Below are positions 56,893 through 64,000 of a stretch of 64,000 bases of DNA, piece after piece. Under the pieces are notes generated by a model. That model made no database searches and was not told where the DNA came from. It saw only the letters and a list, made by a program, of their open reading frames with translations. The translations under genes were made by a program, and so were the position numbers. Positions within the stretch are counted from its first letter, which is position 1. Each line of letters opens with the position of its first letter. Source of the stretch: a virus. Location: positions 1-64,000 of the IMG/VR virus record IMGVR_UViG_3300037042_001212; one strand, written 5' to 3'.

Positions 56893-57699
56893 CTAATCGT
56901 CAAATATGTAGATCGGCCGCATGGCTGCAGGCGGCGCGTAGGTGCCTGTGTAGATACCACCGGGGCCGTAAATAACTCCCAAACGAACGTCAGCTTCTGC
57001 AGGATACGGTGAAAAGTAAACAAGAGTCGCGTTATTCCCGGTATAGGCATACGCCCCAGCGTTGGCCGTCAGGAACCGACCCCTTGCCAGTGACGCATTC
57101 TGACCCGTGTAGGCATAAGCTCCGGCGCTGGCAATAATCCCCCGAGCAACCTGCAGAATCGCTGACTGTCCGGTGTAGGCATAAGAGCCGGTGCTGGCAG
57201 TGAGAGTCCGCCCTCTGGACAGGGATGCGTTCTGACCGGTGTATGGGTAGCTCCCGGCATTGGCAGTGAGTGATTGGGCGACGTTTAGTGCTGCTGTCTG
57301 GCCCGTATACGCGTACGAACCAGCGTTGGCCGTTAGCGTGTAGTTAGTTGACCCAGCCGTGTAGGTGAGGTCTGCGGTCTGTCCGGTGTAGGCGTAAGCA
57401 CCGGCATTGGCAGTTAGGGCATATGCACGACCTAGAACTGCTGTCTGGCCTGTGTATGCGTAGGAGCCAGCGTTAGCGGTGAGGGAGTAGCTCCTCCCAA
57501 GCGTTGCTGTCTGACCGGTGTAGGCGTAAGAGCCTGCATTCGCCGTAAGCGTATACGCAACCGGCCCAACATCACTGATGTTGATCGGCGGATTCGGATC
57601 GTGCCCTGCGGTTCCCGGTTGCCACTGCCAGCTAGGTGCAAGCTGGTCGTTTTGCAGGAATACTGCAACGCCGTTAGGGGCTACTACCCTGTTTGTCAT
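56893..57699 (-). CDS. Repetitive fibre protein (eight ~22-aa LTANAGSYAYTGQ repeats)
   Basis: Repeats read directly from the translation. Confidence 0.8.
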   Translation of the reverse strand: MTNRVVAPNGVAVFLQNDQLAPSWQWQPGTAGHDPNPPINISDVGPVAYTLTANAGSYAYTGQTATLGRSYSLTANAGSYAYTGQTAVLGRAYALTANAGAYAYTGQTADLTYTAGSTNYTLTANAGSYAYTGQTAALNVAQSLTANAGSYPYTGQNASLSRGRTLTASTGSYAYTGQSAILQVARGIIASAGAYAYTGQNASLARGRFLTANAGAYAYTGNNATLVYFSPYPAEADVRLGVIYGPGGIYTGTYAPPAAMRPIYIFDD

Positions 57700-57716
57700 G
57701 GGCTACCCCTTACGCG

Positions 57717-58853
57717 TCAGCCGCTAAGTAGCGTTATGAATCCCGCATAAGTCGTTGCAGTTGTGGCGCTCTTGAAGTATTCGAGGAACGTCAAGGCGGC
57801 ATCGTCGTAGATGCGCTCCAGATTGAACGACGAGTTAATACCGTCAAGAACGACTGACTGGTGGGCCACACCGGCGGCGGGAAGCAGTGCAATCGGGTGG
57901 GCGATCATCTGATCCACGTTACCGGTCGCTGCGGCGGACAGGTTGTGAACGGTGATGTTTCTCAGTCCGGTATCCCCGCTGTTCAACGGGTAAAACCAAA
58001 CAGGCTGCGTATACGGTATGGTGCCGACCGCCGAGGATACCCGAATTGCTAACGCTGACCCTGCTTCAGCGGTATTGCCGTCCTGATCCACATAAGTCAG
58101 GGTAAGGTTATTGGAGGTAGCGTTAAGAACGGTAGTGACATTAGCGGAGATAAAGTTCCCCGGCGCTGTCGTGGCAGTCTGATACCGCGTCGGAACACCG
58201 GACACCGCGACGTTGCCACTGGTCGCCATGTTGAAGTTGGCACCAAAAAGCAAGTCCACGAGCATCAGGCTCGTGCCACCGGCAAGGGTGTTGGTGCCAA
58301 TCCAGTTGACAAAGTGGAGCGTGTCGCCCACACCAGCATTAAACTGTTTCAAAGCGCCGGTGGTTGCGTTGGTGTATACAGTTCCGCCCGGGGCAACGGC
58401 AGCAACTGCGCCGGAGCTTGGGAGTGTGGCATTACGCCACAGCCATTGCGAGGAGCCAATCGCTGGCGCAGTTGCGCCGACCTTCTGATAAATCGATGTC
58501 TGCTTCTTACTGCTAACCGTGGCTTCCGAGATCATGTCGGACAGTGAGGTGAACCCGGCGTTTAAACTGCCATGCCGAACCCGTGCGGCTCGCTTTACCC
58601 GGCCTGCGATGTAATCAACCAGATTGCCGTAATAGCCGCCACGTATGGGGCCGCAGAAATCGCCATCCCCGCAGGCGTAGACGCGCCCGGGAACACCAGC
58701 AATAGGCACGGGAGGGCCATACCAACCCTTCATCCGCTTCGATATGGACTCCACTTCTTCCGCCCCAAGCCAACGCTCCAGCTTCTGCGCCGGGGTGGCC
58801 CTAACCAGATAGCGGTCAATATCGAGGGTGTTGTCGCTGAATACAGTTTTCAT
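57717..58853 (-). CDS. Virion beta-sandwich protein, tandem paralog B
   Basis: TAATG-coupled start at 58853 (MKTVFSDN); homologous over its full length to the next ORF. Confidence 0.75.
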   Translation of the reverse strand: MKTVFSDNTLDIDRYLVRATPAQKLERWLGAEEVESISKRMKGWYGPPVPIAGVPGRVYACGDGDFCGPIRGGYYGNLVDYIAGRVKRAARVRHGSLNAGFTSLSDMISEATVSSKKQTSIYQKVGATAPAIGSSQWLWRNATLPSSGAVAAVAPGGTVYTNATTGALKQFNAGVGDTLHFVNWIGTNTLAGGTSLMLVDLLFGANFNMATSGNVAVSGVPTRYQTATTAPGNFISANVTTVLNATSNNLTLTYVDQDGNTAEAGSALAIRVSSAVGTIPYTQPVWFYPLNSGDTGLRNITVHNLSAAATGNVDQMIAHPIALLPAAGVAHQSVVLDGINSSFNLERIYDDAALTFLEYFKSATTATTYAGFITLLSG

Positions 58854-60031
58854 TAGCCACTCGCAAGCATGATGGTTCCGGTATAGGAAGTCGCCCCAGT
58901 CCCGCCCTTGTAGAACTCCATCAAGGCCAAGCAAGCGCCATTATATACGCGCTCAAATTGAAACGCGCTATTTACGCCGTCAATGACAGACCATGCTTGG
59001 CCGGTGATAGCGCCCCCCTGATTGATTGGAATGATAGCCAAAGGATGGGCGATCATACGGGCTACATAGCCGCCGTTTCCTGCGCTGAAGGCGATGTTTG
59101 TTGCGTTACGCAAGCCAGTATCACCAGCGTTTAAGTTAACAAACCAAATTGGCGGGGTATGCGGAATAGTCCCGACTGCAGAGTTGATTCGGATTGGAAG
59201 CACCGTAGCCATGGCTTCAGGGGCATTGCCATCCTGATCGACGTAGGTGACAGTTAGGTTGGCAGCGGTAGCGCCTAGCGTCGCAGTAGTATCGCCAGAC
59301 ATAAAGTTTCCGGGAGCGGTAGTCGCTGTTTGATACCTTGTCGGAACACCGGTGATGGGGTTGCTCGTCACGTTGTATTGGACGTTGGCGTCCCACAGAT
59401 AATCCACCAACATCAAAGAGCCACAGGCTGCGGTTTGAGCGCCAACGCCAGCGCCACTGATGAAGAATGTAGTATTTGTTCCGGCATCTGATATTTGCCT
59501 GAACCCGCCGACAGACGTATTGGTGTAGGCGGTGCCCCCGGGCGTGGTTGCAACGGAACCCGGAGCAGCCCTTTGGATTGGAACGGCCCCTTGGTGAAAC
59601 AACCATGCTGATGCGGATGCAGAGGGCTGGGTAACGCCGGTCTTGTAGAAGTTGAACTTCTGACCAAGGCCACCGTATTTTACGTCGTTAATGAGGGCTT
59701 CCAGCGAAGCAAAGCCCGAGTTTAACTGATACTGAGGACGCGCAGAGACTCGCAGGAAATTGCGAACTCGTGAAGCAGAGAATTCGAGAAGATTACCAAA
59801 GTAACCGCCATAAATAGGGCCGCAGAAATCACCGCCTGCACAGGCATACACCCTCCCCGGAATACCAGCGACAGGAATTGGCGGGCCATACCAATTCCGC
59901 ATCTTCATTGAAATGCCTTCGACGGTCTCAGTCCCAAGCCAACGCTCCAGCTTTTGGGCTGGCGTAGCTCTCAACAAATACCTGTCGAGGTCAACGGTGT
60001 TACCTGAAAATACGCTCTTTACGCTACGCAA
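58853..60031 (-). CDS. Virion beta-sandwich protein, tandem paralog A
   Basis: Shares RATPAQKLERWLG, PGRVYAC..GDFCGPI, PTRYQTATTAPGNF, TYVDQDGN, GDTGLRN. Confidence 0.75.
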   Translation of the reverse strand: MRSVKSVFSGNTVDLDRYLLRATPAQKLERWLGTETVEGISMKMRNWYGPPIPVAGIPGRVYACAGGDFCGPIYGGYFGNLLEFSASRVRNFLRVSARPQYQLNSGFASLEALINDVKYGGLGQKFNFYKTGVTQPSASASAWLFHQGAVPIQRAAPGSVATTPGGTAYTNTSVGGFRQISDAGTNTTFFISGAGVGAQTAACGSLMLVDYLWDANVQYNVTSNPITGVPTRYQTATTAPGNFMSGDTTATLGATAANLTVTYVDQDGNAPEAMATVLPIRINSAVGTIPHTPPIWFVNLNAGDTGLRNATNIAFSAGNGGYVARMIAHPLAIIPINQGGAITGQAWSVIDGVNSAFQFERVYNGACLALMEFYKGGTGATSYTGTIMLASG

Positions 60032-60228
60032 GGGCCAGCCCAGTCTTCAACGGGCTCCGGAACCACCCAAGAGCCAGAGCCATCAGGAACCGGATTAGGT
60101 GAACCGTAATCCGGGTGAACAAACTCAATAGTAACGCCGCACAAGGAGCAGTTGAAAGTTACCCCGTGTGGTGCGTCAGAAACTACTGAGAAATTATGGG
60201 CCAACTGTGAAGACTCCGTTCGCGGCAT
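60019..60228 (-). CDS. Small CxxC protein (start uncertain)
   Basis: Fills the gap in the operon; FNCSLCG. Confidence 0.45.
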   Translation of the reverse strand: MPRTESSQLAHNFSVVSDAPHGVTFNCSLCGVTIEFVHPDYGSPNPVPDGSGSWVVPEPVEDWAGPCVA

Positions 60229-60613
60229 CCAACGTCACGGCAAACGTATCGCCTGAAGTCAGCGTGATGGACGAGCCGTAGTCCCAGTAAGCAATTGGCT
60301 GCAAAGTCGTGCTGTTCCAGAGAATCGCGTAGCGAAGCGGCCCAACGGAGCCGGTGGCCGTCCACGTTGTCGGGGAGTTCAGCACCAGCTTATAGACCCC
60401 AGCCGTCTGCGTGGATGTAGACGTTGTGGCAGGACTGCCCCCTGCTGTGTACCCGTTACCGGTAGCAAGGTCAGTCGTGCCTGAAGTGAAGGTAGTGTCG
60501 GCGATGTTGACAGTATTCGCCAAAGCAACATACCACGCATTGGTTCCAGCGTTGATCCCTTCGACAAGGAACTCAACACCAGAGGTGTATTTGACATAAG
60601 AAGCGGTTGGCAT
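60194..60613 (-). CDS. Fibre subunit, GYTAGG family (paralog 3)
   Basis: TGNGYTAGG, WTATG..GP.RYAIL.N, YWDYGSSITL..GDTF. Confidence 0.75.
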   Translation of the reverse strand: MPTASYVKYTSGVEFLVEGINAGTNAWYVALANTVNIADTTFTSGTTDLATGNGYTAGGSPATTSTSTQTAGVYKLVLNSPTTWTATGSVGPLRYAILWNSTTLQPIAYWDYGSSITLTSGDTFAVTLDAANGVFTVGP

Positions 60614-60614
60614 T

Positions 60615-60956
60615 TCAGATTTCCTCTAGAAGAAAGGTGACAGCCACCTCGGCGGCTTCACTCAAATTCACAATCAGTGAGGCATCGACTGCACCGGTGG
60701 TCATTTGCCTCTTGCTAATCGCATACACCCTGTATTTCTCCTGCGCCCCGAGAAATATCTTGATCAACGGAGACGCCGCCGAACCGGGGTCATTGATAGC
60801 GTAGCTCCATCGCAATCGAACGCGCTTGCCTGATGCCGGGGTGTATATAGTCGTGCTACCGGATGCAATGATAGTGCCGACAATATGAGTAAACTCTTGT
60901 TCAGCACTGTCACCGTCATAGTAGTAGCTCATGCCACTGCCGACTACCCCAGCCAT
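60615..60956 (-). CDS. Small beta-sandwich virion protein
   Basis: In operon; TIYTPASGKRVRL. Confidence 0.65.
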   Translation of the reverse strand: MAGVVGSGMSYYYDGDSAEQEFTHIVGTIIASGSTTIYTPASGKRVRLRWSYAINDPGSAASPLIKIFLGAQEKYRVYAISKRQMTTGAVDASLIVNLSEAAEVAVTFLLEEI

Positions 60957-60957
60957 A

Positions 60958-61482
60958 TCAGCCGATCTTCGCTTTCAGGCTTTCAAGTGCGTCTTCGATT
61001 GACTTCTTCTTGGCTTCAAGCGCCGTAATCTCAACTTCGAGATCGGCCTTCTGCTGCTTGGCCTCGGCGTTGGCCTTGGCTTTTGCAACAGCGGCTTCAC
61101 GCTCTACGGACTGCAACTCGGAACCGGCAGCGGTAGCCTTCGCTTTGATGCGGGCAACCTCCACCTCAACCTCTTCGTCAATCTTAACGATGTGAGCCTT
61201 GGCGTCAGCAACATACTTATCGTATCCGCTCTTGGCTTCGGCTTGGCTCTCATTCAGCTTCTGGATGTTCGCGGCAACGGACTCACGAACCGGATCGATG
61301 CGGGCCTCTTCGTCAGCAATTTTCTGCTGGACAGCTTGAAGCTGCCGTTCGATGGTAGCAACACCGCGCTTTAACTCTTCCTCACGATCAGCGGCCTCAA
61401 TAACCGCAGGCAAAGCCTGAAGCATCGGTGCCCACAGATCGTAAAACTTCTGAAGCTCTCTTGGATTGAGATTCATGCTCAC
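60958..61482 (-). CDS. Coiled-coil protein
   Basis: Heptad-rich E/A/K composition. Confidence 0.7.
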   Translation of the reverse strand: MSMNLNPRELQKFYDLWAPMLQALPAVIEAADREEELKRGVATIERQLQAVQQKIADEEARIDPVRESVAANIQKLNESQAEAKSGYDKYVADAKAHIVKIDEEVEVEVARIKAKATAAGSELQSVEREAAVAKAKANAEAKQQKADLEVEITALEAKKKSIEDALESLKAKIG

Positions 61483-61484
61483 CT

Positions 61485-61820
61485 CTAACCGTTAGCCACG
61501 CCAGCCTGCACAGCGGTCATTGTTGCGGTTCCGCTTGCCCAGACAGTCACATTAAGTCGAATCGCCGTCACCGGGTAGGCGTAGTTTCCGTCGAACGAGG
61601 TCGTTTTATTGACCATCGTTGCGTGGGAAAACCAGTTTGCCGTAGCCGGATCAAACGTGGAAGACCAGATATCGTCAAACGTATGCTGCACCGTGTAGGT
61701 CAGGGAAGCGCCAGCACTGAGGCTGACGCCAATACCGATGTTAAACGGCGAGATGTACTGGTCGAGCGGGATGGTGTTGGATGCCGCAACCGCGCCAACT
61801 GTTACTCGAATGGGTCTCAC
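61485..61820 (-). CDS. Small virion (head decoration-like) protein
   Basis: TYTVQHTFDD...W...P.TAIRL.V jelly-roll-like pattern. Confidence 0.7.
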   Translation of the reverse strand: MRPIRVTVGAVAASNTIPLDQYISPFNIGIGVSLSAGASLTYTVQHTFDDIWSSTFDPATANWFSHATMVNKTTSFDGNYAYPVTAIRLNVTVWASGTATMTAVQAGVANG

Positions 61821-61832
61821 GACACCCCCTTA

Positions 61833-62372
61833 TTAGGACGTAGCAAACGGAGTAGCGACGACGCCAGAACCCAGAGCAACACCGTTGACCATGTACTTCA
61901 GCGCGTCGATGGCGAAAATCTCCACCCACGTACCAGCAACGCCACCGGTGGTGCCACCATTGAAGTTGATGAAGTCATCCGAAGCGCCAGCGATAAATCC
62001 TACAACAGCACCAGAAGTGTCGGTGTCAATTGACAAAACAGAACCAACAAACTTGTCTGTGCCGTCCGTGCCGATCTTCAGGCTGCTGGTGGCGATGGTG
62101 GTCGGAACCCAGATCGTGTAGACCACACCTTCGTTGTTCAGGGTGTTCGGGTCATTACCCGGGCCGGAGGCGGAGGTGTTGGCCGAGGCAATGATCGGCG
62201 GCAGGGTCAGTACTACGTCCGCCGCCAGAGTGCCGCCAACGGCGATGATGCGACCGGCGTGAGCGGTGGGGTTCAGGGTGGTGCTGGAAGTGATCGTAAC
62301 AATGGTGGACGGGCCTTGCTGAAACAAACCGCCAAGCGAGCGGATCGGGCCGTCAAAAGACGTAATAGCCAT
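61833..62372 (-). CDS. Head decoration/spike-like protein
   Basis: T.F.GP.RS..G N-terminal arm; first gene after the capsid gene; AGGAG RBS. Confidence 0.7.
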   Translation of the reverse strand: MAITSFDGPIRSLGGLFQQGPSTIVTITSSTTLNPTAHAGRIIAVGGTLAADVVLTLPPIIASANTSASGPGNDPNTLNNEGVVYTIWVPTTIATSSLKIGTDGTDKFVGSVLSIDTDTSGAVVGFIAGASDDFINFNGGTTGGVAGTWVEIFAIDALKYMVNGVALGSGVVATPFATS

Positions 62373-62387
62373 GAATATCTCCTAGTG

Positions 62388-62455
62388 TGTTAGCACATCC
62401 GCATAGAGTCTCTAACAAGTCTGCTGGGGCAGTCGCTATGCGTAAAAAATCCCAG
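62388..62455 (-). ncRNA. Structured RNA with three interlocked helices; candidate Mu-gpT-DE motif
   Basis: Pairings 62451-55/62424-28, 62436-42/62400-06 and 62412-17/62388-93; located downstream of a Mu gpT-like capsid gene. Family assignment is from position only. Confidence 0.55.
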
Positions 62456-62456
62456 A

Positions 62457-62538
62457 TAAAAGAACAAGGGTGGCTGCGTGGTAACGGGCTTATCGTTCCT
62501 GTCCACACTCCAGATGCTGCCAGATCACCACCCTTGTT
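62457..62538 (-). terminator. Terminator-like 11-bp stem with a large structured loop after the capsid gene
   Basis: aacaagggtgg (62463-73) and ccacccttgtt (62528-38), followed on the minus strand by CUUUUAU. Confidence 0.5.
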
Positions 62539-62553
62539 TACATCATACTACAG

Positions 62554-63462
62554 TTACGAAGAACCAGACGCGCCGAAGATACCCAGCGGGTCAGAAGCGC
62601 CGAAGCTGTAACGCTCACGGGACTTGTAACGTACGTTGCCCGTATCAAAATCTCCATCCATGGAGTTAGACAGAGGCGTACGCACGAAGTGTTTCAGACC
62701 GTTCGGTACATCCGTGGTCAGGAACCAAGCATTGGTATCAGTCAAGAAGTGATTGATGCAATACCCGCCCGGGATCGAGCCATTGTTCTTCAGTGCATTG
62801 ATGTCGTTGTTGTTGGTGCTAACACGCAGTTCCGTTTCCAGAAGACGCGTTCCAACAAACATCAGTGCCGGAGGAAGAACCAGCTTGACCGGCTTCGCAG
62901 CGATGAGCAGACCGCGCTCATCCGTCCAACCAGCGATCTGAATGACAGCAGCCTCAAGCGAGGTTTCATTCAGGTCAGCGGCACCACCCGTGTTGCTGTT
63001 CGTACCGCCAGAAACCAGCGGGTGGGCAGCGGAACACAGGACAACGCCGTCGCCGTAGGTCGGGCCACCAGCAAATGCGGTGTTAAGGATTGTAGCGGCC
63101 TTAACTTGCTTGGTGTACGCCATGGCACGAGCCAGACCTTTGGTATAACGAGCCGACAGGCTGTCATACAGGTTGTCTTCCACCGCTTCTTCAGTGATGG
63201 AGAAACCCAAGGCAATGGTTTCGTGTTGGTAACGGGCAGTCCATGCTTCTTGGGCGTTGTCATAGGCGATTGCACTGCCTTCAGACTTGACCGGAGCAGC
63301 CGAGAAACCCGACAGTTTTGTTTCTTCTTCAAAAGAACGCTCAGAAGTCTCAGTTTCAAAGATTTCCTTGTGCTCTTCACCATACTTCTTGTACTCAAGA
63401 CCAAACAAGGCATTCAGCCCCGGAAGGAGTTCTTTAAGTAGTTGTGCGCGTGAGATAGCCAT
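62554..63462 (-). CDS. Major capsid protein (Mu gpT-like, HK97 fold)
   Basis: MAISRAQLLKELLPGLNALFG, EG..I.YD, ITEEA.EDNLY, DG..L.S..HP, YKSRERYSFG..DP. Confidence 0.9.
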   Translation of the reverse strand: MAISRAQLLKELLPGLNALFGLEYKKYGEEHKEIFETETSERSFEEETKLSGFSAAPVKSEGSAIAYDNAQEAWTARYQHETIALGFSITEEAVEDNLYDSLSARYTKGLARAMAYTKQVKAATILNTAFAGGPTYGDGVVLCSAAHPLVSGGTNSNTGGAADLNETSLEAAVIQIAGWTDERGLLIAAKPVKLVLPPALMFVGTRLLETELRVSTNNNDINALKNNGSIPGGYCINHFLTDTNAWFLTTDVPNGLKHFVRTPLSNSMDGDFDTGNVRYKSRERYSFGASDPLGIFGASGSS

Positions 63463-63473
63463 TATTTATTCTC

Positions 63474-64000
63474 CTAGACCGCAGTTGCAAGGCGGTATTG
63501 ATGAATGCCTTGGTTCCACGACACCAGAACTTCGACAAAGGAACCGGTAGCCGGTGCGGTATCCGGCACAACATCCACAACTTTACACGGGATTGCTGCC
63601 GTGGTTGCAGTGCTGTTCAGAACGCAATGTGCGCTGTTGCCGGTGGTATTACTACCAGCATTAACCACCAGCGAAGCATTGCCACCAACCATAGTCGCAC
63701 GGGTAGCTTGAGCGACAACAGTAGTGCCAGAAACAATCGCGGTCTTCATCACCAGATCGGGATCATCCGCAACATACGCGGTAATCGCGCTCGTGGTGTC
63801 CGGGGTGCCGGTAGTCAGGGCGGGGTAATACTGAGCAAAAATGCGCTGGCCCGATGAGTTGATGTAGCTGCAACCCATAAAGATACCAACGACATTAACC
63901 GTGGTAGCGGTCAGGACAGCCGTAGTGATACAGCCGTTCGAGGACATCAGAACCACGTCACCAAAGTAGATGCTGGTGCCGTGTGCCGTTTGGATCGGAA
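63474..64000 (-). CDS. Capsid cement/decoration-like protein (start lies beyond the right edge)
   Basis: Frame open to the edge (IYFGDVV...VGIFMGCSY...AYVADDPD); immediately upstream of the capsid gene. Confidence 0.7.
   Translation of the reverse strand, partial: PIQTAHGTSIYFGDVVLMSSNGCITTAVLTATTVNVVGIFMGCSYINSSGQRIFAQYYPALTTGTPDTTSAITAYVADDPDLVMKTAIVSGTTVVAQATRATMVGGNASLVVNAGSNTTGNSAHCVLNSTATTAAIPCKVVDVVPDTAPATGSFVEVLVSWNQGIHQYRLATAV

Noticed and set aside
58854-58934. N-terminal 27 aa of the 405-aa ORF in the track
   Set aside because: Overlaps the upstream paralog; homology and TAATG coupling indicate a start at 58853
44558-60613. Diversity-generating retroelement acting on fibre genes
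   Set aside because: No reverse transcriptase in the window, and repeat pairs do not show adenine-specific mismatches
1-64000. tRNA genes, integrase/att sites, alternative genetic code
   Set aside because: No cloverleaf with a T-loop consensus or recombinase motifs noticed by eye; genes are full-length under the standard code. tRNAscan-SE would be the decisive check for tRNAs

Overview
The window is entirely tailed-phage DNA (podovirus-type morphogenesis genes; host probably a Proteobacterium, by inference). Left arm (1-~13 kb): partial portal, TerL and TerS on the minus strand, an iteron-rich putative origin, a TOPRIM/AAA_25 primase-helicase and a Cro-like HTH. These are followed by a rightward replication/recombination operon (Sak4-like ATPase, DUF669-type SSB, Cas4-like nuclease, dual-frame C5 methyltransferase, SF2 helicase, VRR-NUC). 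After a run of small accessory genes (13-17 kb) comes a second, unrelated replication module (VRR-NUC, PolA, Cas4-like nuclease, HNH, SNF2 helicase, SSB, AEP/DUF927 primase-helicase; 17-28 kb). It converges on a 36-kb minus-strand virion operon: Mu gpT-like major capsid protein, fibre modules, two glycosyltransferases, small basic proteins, adaptors, lysis genes, nozzle, ejection proteins and a 2802-aa polyvalent protein. The two replication modules suggest a chimera of two phages or a natural recombinant. Main observations: (1) a 454-bp HNH insertion that rewires a two-frame overlapping methyltransferase so that all motifs appear preserved; (2) a hydrophobic-x-x-GG motif shared by many internal virion proteins; (3) a fibre system with a repeated F-S-x-x-x-F-S-x-x-P-F motif; (4) three interlocked RNA helices downstream of the capsid gene. 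No tRNA, CRISPR array, integrase or reverse transcriptase was recognised. All product calls are from motif recognition by eye; no searches were run.
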